Of a stretch of 64,000 bases of DNA, positions 42,769 through 50,449 are shown piece by piece. A model generated the notes under the pieces. That model worked only from the letters and a program-made list of their open reading frames with translations. It did no database searches and was not told the origin of the DNA. Numbering within the stretch: position 1 is the stretch's first letter; every line of letters starts with the position of its first letter. Source of the stretch: a bacterium (GTDB lineage Bacteria; Hinthialibacterota; Hinthialibacteria; Hinthialibacterales; Hinthialibacteraceae); the NCBI GenBank assembly GCA_963662285.2, contig CAXXMV010000002.1, forward strand, positions 800,001-864,000. Direction: 5' to 3'. Position numbers and translations under genes: made by a program.

Positions 42769-43527
42769 TCACAACCACAATCCACCATCAACATTAATAA
42801 CGCTGCCATTGCAATAAGCGCCCAGTTCGGAATGGAGATATACCACCGCGCCTGCGATATCAGACGCCTTACCCAAGCGATGCAGGGGAATGTTTTTTAT
42901 CAGTTCTTCGCGCCGCTCTTCGGTCGCCCAGCCTCCTGCGATAGCGCCGGGATTAATAACATTAGCGCGTATTCCATTAGGACCTTCTTCACGCGCTAAT
43001 GTCTTGGCCAACAATACAATGCCGGTTTTGGTAATTCCATAAGCCCCTGCATTATGTCGTGCGCGGGTGGAATCGGCTTTGACTGAACCGATGAAAACAA
43101 AATGTCCAGTTTTCCTTTTTTTCATATGGGGCAGAGCGGCGTTGATGCAATAAAAGGCGCTATCCAGATTAGTCGCCATCATACTATGCCACTCATCAAC
43201 CGAGGTCTCAGCCAGCGTTTGCAACGCAAACAGCCCCACATTATGAACCAGCAGATCGAGTCGGTTGAAATGAGAATAGGCCCAATCAATTAACGCTTTG
43301 ACCTCTTCCGGCCGACTGACGTCGGCTTGCAGTGTTATCGCCTCGCTTCCGGCATTGCGAATCTCTTCAGCGGTTTTTTCAGCTGCCTCCTGACTGCTGT
43401 GATAATTGACAATAACCGTGGCGTTGCGCCGCGCCAGTTCTACTGCTATCTCGCGTCCGATACCCTGCGATGATCCTGTTACCAGACAAACTTGATTATC
43501 AAATTTTAATTCTTTTGAGTTATTCAT
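42769..43527 (-). CDS. Short-chain dehydrogenase/reductase (FabG-like)
   Basis: TGSSQGIG, YGITK, NVINPG, NVDGG. Confidence 0.92.
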   Translation of the reverse strand: MNNSKELKFDNQVCLVTGSSQGIGREIAVELARRNATVIVNYHSSQEAAEKTAEEIRNAGSEAITLQADVSRPEEVKALIDWAYSHFNRLDLLVHNVGLFALQTLAETSVDEWHSMMATNLDSAFYCINAALPHMKKRKTGHFVFIGSVKADSTRARHNAGAYGITKTGIVLLAKTLAREEGPNGIRANVINPGAIAGGWATEERREELIKNIPLHRLGKASDIAGAVVYLHSELGAYCNGSVINVDGGLWL

Positions 43528-43542
43528 AGGGATATTTAAGAG

Positions 43543-43575
43543 CAAAAGCCCTCCACAGAAAAGTAGAGGGCTTTT
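43543..43575. terminator. Intrinsic terminator
   Basis: CAAAAGCCCTC...GAGGGCTTTTG. Confidence 0.7.
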
Positions 43576-43621
43576 GTTTTAATGTAATAATTTTTATCAA
43601 GTTATGTCGTATTATCACAGT

Positions 43622-44845
43622 TTACAACGTAATATTTACATCAAATTTCTGGTTAGATTCAATCATCTCATCCCAGGTCACTTCACGTTTTTCATAAGCG
43701 GCCATCCGTCCCAGAATCGAAGTCATAGTGCTTTCGGCGCCTTGCTTGGTCTGGTTCTGATATTTTTTGCTGTAGATGCTCTCAACAAAGGCTTTGATTT
43801 TGTTCTCTTCCGTGCCCGATAGAGGACTGGTGGTTTCCGCTTGATAAGCATTGTCGCCCGTAATCATGGGATGACCTGAGTAGGCTGTATCAGCTACGCC
43901 CTTGGTTCCAAACAGGCGGTTGCGGCAATCGCCCCAACCTTTCAGGAATTGGCTGGAACTAAAGTCTATTATTGCGCCGCAGGGATACCAGTATGTGCAG
44001 ATGAAGTGATCCCAGCAATCGCCTATGTCAGTGCGGGCTTTACGGCCGCCAGTACCATATGCTTTAACCGGATGGCTCTGCATATACCAGTTGGATACGT
44101 CGAGAACATGGATGTTCTGCTCGACAATAATGTCGCCGGATAATTCGATATCGAACACCCAGTTGCGCAGACGGCTTTCCATCTCGGATTCACCCTTTAC
44201 CGAACGGTCGTCTAAACGGCCGGCATGATAATTAACCATCCCGCTGACGATCTTACCGATGGCGCCATTGTGCACCCGGTCAACGATCTCTTTGTATCCA
44301 TCGCTGTAGCGAATCTGGAATCCAACCGATATGCTCTGTTTGCCATCAGCTTTTTTGCCGATCTCGATAACTCGTTTGGCGCCTACAACATCAGTAGCGA
44401 CCGGTTTTTCCATATAGACATGCTTGCCTGCGTCAACAGCCGCTTCCAGATGGAGAGGATGATAATAAGGTGGACTGGTAATCAAAACCACATCAAGCTC
44501 GGATTGGAGCATATCTTTATAACCTTCCATACCCTTGTAAAAGCGGGATGGATCAATCTTGGGACGATCCTGAACTTCCAGAAGTTTATCAAATGCCCCT
44601 TTGGCTGCTTCCATGCGATCCTGGAAACAATCAGACAATGCTACTATTCGGGTGTTTGAATGACGTATAAACTGACTGGCGTCATTAGTCCCTCGTCCAC
44701 CACAGCCAATCACGCCCATCTGCAACGCCGAGTTGGCCGATGATCCAAAAACTGTTTCTGGTTTCGCTAAAATCAAACCTGCCCCGGCAGCGGATGCTTT
44801 TACAAAATTACGGCGAGAAAATGATTTGTTAGTATTTTTACTCAT
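43622..44845 (-). CDS. Tat-exported Gfo/Idh/MocA oxidoreductase
   Basis: SRRNFVK; IGCGGRG; GKHVYMEKPVA; EQNIHVLD. Confidence 0.92.
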   Translation of the reverse strand: MSKNTNKSFSRRNFVKASAAGAGLILAKPETVFGSSANSALQMGVIGCGGRGTNDASQFIRHSNTRIVALSDCFQDRMEAAKGAFDKLLEVQDRPKIDPSRFYKGMEGYKDMLQSELDVVLITSPPYYHPLHLEAAVDAGKHVYMEKPVATDVVGAKRVIEIGKKADGKQSISVGFQIRYSDGYKEIVDRVHNGAIGKIVSGMVNYHAGRLDDRSVKGESEMESRLRNWVFDIELSGDIIVEQNIHVLDVSNWYMQSHPVKAYGTGGRKARTDIGDCWDHFICTYWYPCGAIIDFSSSQFLKGWGDCRNRLFGTKGVADTAYSGHPMITGDNAYQAETTSPLSGTEENKIKAFVESIYSKKYQNQTKQGAESTMTSILGRMAAYEKREVTWDEMIESNQKFDVNITL

Positions 44846-45034
44846 TAAAGAATCTCCCATTCCAATTATTTTCCAATGTAATAATTTTATATCTCTTGAT
44901 ATTATTAAACAATACCTTGTTAATCTGAAGAAATATACTGTTCAACGCACGATAAAACAGTAATATGAATTTCCTGAACCTTTTTCATTGCTACTACCTA
45001 AAACGGTCTGATCAATGCCGATATTCTGCATCGG

Positions 45035-47086
45035 TTATGAAAGTAAAATCGAGGGACGCCTGCCACTCCCATGACAATGAGGACAGGTGTAGGTCAGGCG
45101 TTTGGTTAAACTCTCTCCTGAGCGCTGCCGGGTTATTTGAATTAAGCCCAAATCGGTGAATTCCTGAATATCCGAAGGAGTACGGTCTTTTTCCAACTCG
45201 CGAACAAAGGTATTATATACTCTGTCACGATTCTTTTTGTAGCGCATATCGATAAAGTCTACAACGATAATGCCGCCAATCTGCCGTAGCCTTAACTGTC
45301 GCGAAATCTCTAAAGCCGCCTCGATATTGGTTTCAACGATAGTAAGTTCCTGGGTTTTGCCAGTAACATTCTTTCCTGTATTTACATCTATGGCGGTCAA
45401 TGTTTCCATCTCTTCGATAATAATGAATCCACCACAGTTTAACCGGACCCGGTTAGTGAAGAGTTGATCGATATCGCGGGTAAGGTTGTATTTACTCCAA
45501 ACCGTACGATCCTGATCAGTATGAAATTTAATCCGGTCATCAGCTCTGCTGCGCGGCGCGATTATCTTCATAAAACTGGATATACGATGCTTCAACCGAG
45601 GATGATCGATAATGATTTCACTAATATCGTTGTCAAATTGGTCACGCAATACGCGTTCGAAAAGTTCAATTTCCTGATGAATCCGTTTAGGGCTATCGCC
45701 GTCTTCATATTCTTGCCGGATGCGTTTCCAGGTGCGGGTCAGGTAGTCAAGATCATTTTGAATGTCACTGATGCTTTTTCCTTTTGAAGCTGTACGTAAA
45801 ATCAAGCCGCCCTTTAATGTGAACTCTTTTTTTATCAATTCGCGAAATCTGGTTTTATCTTTATCGCTTAACATACGTGACATGCGAATGGCGTCAGCAT
45901 CGGGCATGTATACCACAAAGCGACCGGGGAGAGAAATTTTCCCGGTAAGTGATGGTCCTTTATCTGCTATGGCCTCTTTGGCCATTTGTACAAGAACTGT
46001 ATCACCGGTTTTCAACGCTGATTCGAATCGGTTTCTGGAAGAAGAAGGTCTTTTCTGAGACCTTTGCTCTGGACTAAGGTCAGCCAGGCTGAGGAAACCA
46101 TCCTTCTCCAAACCAATATTAACAAAAGCTGCATTCAACGCCGGAAGAACGCGCGATATGACGCCGCGGTATATATTGCCTGAAGTACCCTTGTCGTATG
46201 TTCTCTCTTCTTCGATCCAGAAATCCGTAATTTGGTGATCATCCGCAATAACCGCAACAGAATAGCCCGCTTCGTTGGCGAAAATCATACGTCGAGTGGC
46301 TTTTGCTTTTGACGATAAGGATATTTCTTCCGAAAAATCGTCTGATGCATAATCTCTTTTATCAGAAGGTATTATCTTATGTTTTGAAGAGTCGCCTTGA
46401 GTATCTTTGCGCTCTTCTTTACGTTCATTTCCCGGTTCAGTTGAGGGACGTTGAGAAGGCGAACGACGCTGGTTGCTGCTCTTGCGGCGCGTTCCGGTTG
46501 ATGACGCTGTTTCACTACGTTCGTTTTTACGTTCATCTATCGGTTCGCCTACAGGTTTATTTGATGGACGTCGGGAAGAAGAACGGCGCTGGCTGCTCTT
46601 GCGGCGCGTTCCGGTTGATGACGCTGTTTGACTACGCTCATCTTTATGCTCATCTTTATGCTCTTCCACTGGTTTAGCAGGTGGACGTCGGGAATATGAA
46701 CGGCGCTGGCTGCTCTTGCGGCGCGTTCCGGATGATGACGCTGTTTCACTACGCTCATCTTTACGCTCTTCTTTATGCTCTTCCACTGGTTTAGCAGGTG
46801 GACGTCGGGAAGAAGAACGGCGCTGGCTGTTCTTGCGGCGCGTTCCGGTTGATGACGCTGTTTCACTACGCTCATCTTTACGGTCATCTTTATGTTCGAC
46901 TACTGGTTTAGCTGATGGACGTCGGGAATACGAACGACGCTGGTTTGTATTTTTGCGACGCGTTCCAGGTGATGGTGAATTTTCTTCGCTCTGTTTGTTA
47001 CGCTCATCTTTTTGGTCAGTTGATGGATGACTGGAAGAAGAGGCTTCTTCTGAAACGGAAGGTTTTTTTCTCTTAAAAAATGCCAT
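45035..47086 (-). CDS. Ribonuclease E/G with long N-terminal disordered repeat extension
   Basis: GNIYRG (S1), AAFVNIG, LTAIDVNTGK, RQIGGIIVVDFIDM, CPHC Zn-link. Confidence 0.93.
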   Translation of the reverse strand: MAFFKRKKPSVSEEASSSSHPSTDQKDERNKQSEENSPSPGTRRKNTNQRRSYSRRPSAKPVVEHKDDRKDERSETASSTGTRRKNSQRRSSSRRPPAKPVEEHKEERKDERSETASSSGTRRKSSQRRSYSRRPPAKPVEEHKDEHKDERSQTASSTGTRRKSSQRRSSSRRPSNKPVGEPIDERKNERSETASSTGTRRKSSNQRRSPSQRPSTEPGNERKEERKDTQGDSSKHKIIPSDKRDYASDDFSEEISLSSKAKATRRMIFANEAGYSVAVIADDHQITDFWIEEERTYDKGTSGNIYRGVISRVLPALNAAFVNIGLEKDGFLSLADLSPEQRSQKRPSSSRNRFESALKTGDTVLVQMAKEAIADKGPSLTGKISLPGRFVVYMPDADAIRMSRMLSDKDKTRFRELIKKEFTLKGGLILRTASKGKSISDIQNDLDYLTRTWKRIRQEYEDGDSPKRIHQEIELFERVLRDQFDNDISEIIIDHPRLKHRISSFMKIIAPRSRADDRIKFHTDQDRTVWSKYNLTRDIDQLFTNRVRLNCGGFIIIEEMETLTAIDVNTGKNVTGKTQELTIVETNIEAALEISRQLRLRQIGGIIVVDFIDMRYKKNRDRVYNTFVRELEKDRTPSDIQEFTDLGLIQITRQRSGESLTKRLTYTCPHCHGSGRRPSILLS
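46430..47010 (-). repeat. Intragenic 117-bp (39-aa) tandem repeat, ~4-5 copies
   Basis: ATGACGCTGT recurs at 46501, 46618, 46735 and 46852; degenerate flanking copies. Confidence 0.9.
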
Positions 47087-47540
47087 TTAAATAATCCATA
47101 TTCGAGTTAATCTTGGTGTTGGTTATTTCCCTTTTAATTATATCATCATAGTGATTATTGCTTTTTAGTATAATTTATTAAAAAATATGTAATTGAAAGC
47201 ATAGAAATCTTATAAATGAAGATGCTCGCAGCATTTCATCGTAACATGCCTGCGCCGGGATTTATAGGAATTACATTAATTGTAATTCTCGCTTAATAGA
47301 ATAGTACTCGTTTTTATTGTTCAAGGAAAGAAGATTTTGTTTTAATTTTATTAAATTCGGTGTTATGGTGTTATGCAGAATAGTTATAAAACAGAAGAAT
47401 CGGGCGCTCAAATCATCCATATTGAAAGAGTTGGGTTGATTTTGAGAATGATTCTACCTTATATTAAAGATTATAATTATTTTTTTTAGCATAATTTCCC
47501 ATTTTTTTTAAGGAAATTTCGTCAATGAAGCATTGTCTGA

Positions 47541-47569
47541 TTGACAGATAGAAATTTGCTTGGTATTGT
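47541..47569 (+). promoter_or_regulatory. Sigma70-type promoter for the bactofilin gene
   Basis: TTGACA-17nt-TATTGT. Confidence 0.55.
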
Positions 47570-47662
47570 TGGCAAATCTATACTTTGTTTATGATGAATA
47601 GAAAAATGTATTTATTTGAAAAATATAAGACTGAATAAACGGTTTTAGGAGGAAAAGCGACC

Positions 47663-48136
47663 GTGGACATCCTTCGTAATGAAAGATCAGGGCAAGTAGC
47701 AACATCGCATACGGCTCCAGTATCCGCACCAAAAAATGAGAATCCTTATACAACATTAGGGAAAGATACGGAATTTGAAGGTACTCTTCAATTCAAAGAG
47801 GGTCTGAAGATAGAGGGCAAGTTCAAAGGCGATATTACCTCTGAAGGTTACTTAATCATTGGAAAAACAGGCGATGTTACTGCAGAGATTAACGTTGGCA
47901 GCATCATTGTTGAAGGTAAAATTACCGGTAATATCATTGCTGATGACCTTGTCGAACTTCGAACTTCAGCCCAGATGCGGGGTGATATAACCGCAGCCAA
48001 GATGAAGATTGAAGAGGGTGTTCTTTTTGTTGGTAAATCTGACGTCCAACCCCAGAATAGCCGTAAGGATTCTTCCAAGCAGCCTATTAAAGTTGCCGAG
48101 GAAAAAAAAGATAAAATCCCAGCTGGCGGTAAATAA
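47663..48136 (+). CDS. Bactofilin (CcmA-family polymer-forming cytoskeletal protein)
   Basis: AGGAGG RBS; TTLG..TEFEG.L....LKIEG.F.GDI....L.IG..G.V beta-helix pattern. Confidence 0.92.
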   Translation: MDILRNERSGQVATSHTAPVSAPKNENPYTTLGKDTEFEGTLQFKEGLKIEGKFKGDITSEGYLIIGKTGDVTAEINVGSIIVEGKITGNIIADDLVELRTSAQMRGDITAAKMKIEEGVLFVGKSDVQPQNSRKDSSKQPIKVAEEKKDKIPAGGK

Positions 48137-48172
48137 TAGTAATTTACCTGGAATAATTAATTTGTTAAACTC

Positions 48173-48224
48173 ACCCTTTCCTGTTCGCTCTTTTTAAGAG
48201 CAAGGAAAGGGTTTGTTTTTTTTT
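48173..48224 (+). terminator. Intrinsic terminator after bactofilin
   Basis: ACCCTTTCC...GGAAAGGGT followed by a long T-run. Confidence 0.75.
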
Positions 48225-48313
48225 ATTCTATTTTTATTGCTCAATAGAGCGGTTTTCTAAGCCATATTACAGACTTCTGTCAGATATATTCATGAGAAAG
48301 ATTGAGATCGATC

Positions 48314-49330
48314 ATGTTTAAGTTTCCACCTAAAATTAATATCGCCCAACTTCCGACGCCTATACATCATTTACCATCCTTAAGTGAAGAATGGGGCATT
48401 GACTTATGCATCAAGGAGGATGACTTGACAGGTTCTGGTTTGAGTGGAAATAAAATCAGAAAACTGGAATATTTACTTTCGGATGCTATCCAACAGGGAT
48501 GCGATTCTATAATAACCTGCGGCGCAACTACATCTAATCACGCCAGAGCAACAGTTATCGCTGCAAAACGTTTGGGTCTAAGTTCTTCTTTGATTCTTGC
48601 CGGTGATAAACCAGAGAGAGCGCATGGCAATCTTCAACTGGACTTGCTGGCTGGCGCATGCGTGAAATATATAAGTTCGCATGATTATACTACAAATATT
48701 AAAGCCATCTTACAAGACGAGAAAAAAATTCTCGAACGTCAAGGAAAAAAACCTTACATCATACCAACTGGCGGTTCAAACTCTATAGGTTTATTGGGAT
48801 ATGTTGAAGCTGTAAAAGAGATAAAAGAACAATGTGATAAATCAGGATGGAAAGCTGATATTATTATTTGCGCATTCGGCTCCGGCGGAACATATGCCGG
48901 TCTTTATCTGGGTAATCATATTTTCTCAGTAGCAAGTAGAATCTTAGGCGTTTTGGTCTACGGTTCTATCGAGCCTGCCAGGCAAATAGTTATCAATGAA
49001 ATTAATGAATCATGCAAGCGCTTTATAAATCCGGCGCCATCTTTCGACGCTATCGAGATAATTGACGGTTACTATGGCGAAGCTTACGCCAAAACGAATT
49101 CTGAACAGCTGCGGTTTATTCGACATGTAGTGGAGAGTGAAGGAATTATTCTTGATCCTGTTTATACCGGTAAAGCTATGTTCGGATTGCATGGAGAAAT
49201 CCAAAAGGGACATATACCTAATAACTCCAAAGTTCTTTTCATTCATACTGGTGGAATATTCGGATGGTCGGCATTTACCGAAGAAACGAGCCATGTGTGG
49301 GATTCGCTGGAGCATTGGGATGACTTATAA
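48314..49330 (+). CDS. D-cysteine desulfhydrase/ACC-deaminase family PLP enzyme
   Basis: PTPI, SGNKIRKLEY, SNHAR, GSGGT, LDPVYTGKA, FIHTGG. Confidence 0.92.
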   Translation: MFKFPPKINIAQLPTPIHHLPSLSEEWGIDLCIKEDDLTGSGLSGNKIRKLEYLLSDAIQQGCDSIITCGATTSNHARATVIAAKRLGLSSSLILAGDKPERAHGNLQLDLLAGACVKYISSHDYTTNIKAILQDEKKILERQGKKPYIIPTGGSNSIGLLGYVEAVKEIKEQCDKSGWKADIIICAFGSGGTYAGLYLGNHIFSVASRILGVLVYGSIEPARQIVINEINESCKRFINPAPSFDAIEIIDGYYGEAYAKTNSEQLRFIRHVVESEGIILDPVYTGKAMFGLHGEIQKGHIPNNSKVLFIHTGGIFGWSAFTEETSHVWDSLEHWDDL

Positions 49331-49513
49331 AATCCATTAATTGGGAGCGCATATTCATTAAAAAAAAGCATGAATAAACAATTACGGACAATTTGGAAGC
49401 GCAGTTTATATAAACTTAGTTATATAAACTGCTTGCGCATCTCAAAATTTCAAAAACGCGACAATAAATATAGCAAATATTTCATTAAGCTGCATATTAT
49501 TACTCGAAAACCA

Positions 49514-49542
49514 TTGACAAATTGCAAGATCGAATCTATGTT
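49514..49542 (+). promoter_or_regulatory. Sigma70-type promoter for the dksA-like gene
   Basis: TTGACA-17nt-TATGTT. Confidence 0.5.
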
Positions 49543-49702
49543 TCTACACCCAAAATCGGAAATTATTTTTCGATAAAAAGCATTGGGATTAAAAACGATG
49601 GATAGAGTTATATTTTGTGTAATCGGTTGTATAAATACTAATCTTGATCATTCTGATTCAACGATGAATTATTTGTAATCGGACATCGAAGGACCAAAGA
49701 TA

Positions 49703-50287
49703 ATGCCGACATCAAAAACCAAAACAACAACTAAAGCATCGGGAAAAACTGGTAAGAAAAATCAAAAGCCGACAAGCGCAGCTAAAAGTACTTCGCAGAA
49801 ATCCGCCAAAGCCGCGTCAAGGAAAAGTACCACCAAAAAATCTACTATGAAAGATATAAAAAAGACTACCGTAAAAAAATCCCTGGGTAATAATAAGGCT
49901 GCAAATAAATCTCCGAACAAGAATTCTAATAATACCATGACAAAAAAACGAGTGGCTCTTATTGCTGATATAAAAGTTAGGCTTGAAGAACAAAGGATCA
50001 ATCTGCTTCAAGGATTACATCAAAAAGAGCATGAAACAGAAGTAAGTTCTCATGGCGATCTTATTGATCAGAGTCAGAACTTCAGTGAACATGAAGTAAT
50101 GTTAGGGCTGGCGGAACATGACCGGAATCTATTGCAAGAGATTAATGTTGCTCTGGATAAAATCGATCAAGGTAAATACGGTATTTGCGAAATGTCGGGC
50201 GAATTGATTTCCGACGAACGCTTGATCGCCATGCCGACCGCCCGGTATAGTATGGAATGCCAGGCGAAAATTGAAAGTTTCAACTAA
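49703..50287 (+). CDS. DksA/TraR-family protein with Lys-rich N-terminus
   Basis: GDLIDQS coiled-coil tip; ALDKI..G.YG.CEMSGE.I..ERL.A.PTARYSMEC. Confidence 0.88.
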   Translation: MPTSKTKTTTKASGKTGKKNQKPTSAAKSTSQKSAKAASRKSTTKKSTMKDIKKTTVKKSLGNNKAANKSPNKNSNNTMTKKRVALIADIKVRLEEQRINLLQGLHQKEHETEVSSHGDLIDQSQNFSEHEVMLGLAEHDRNLLQEINVALDKIDQGKYGICEMSGELISDERLIAMPTARYSMECQAKIESFN

Positions 50288-50449
50288 CTAATTCATTAGT
50301 ATTTGTTATATAGTTGTAAATTGGGGGAGGGAAAGTCCTCTCTTGTCCTATGATACTGTCAAAAATATTGAATATTTTTGTCCTACCTAAAAGATATTTA
50401 TAATCATCGCGGAATATCCGCGTAATCCATTTGATGATATCGGATCGTT

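Noticed and set aside
46430-47010. Possible CRISPR or non-coding repeat array
   Set aside because: The 117-bp period is a multiple of 3 and lies in frame within the RNase E/G ORF
47087-50449. AT-rich stretch as a horizontally acquired island
   Set aside because: It contains ordinary genes (bactofilin, D-cysteine desulfhydrase, dksA) and no mobility or boundary signals
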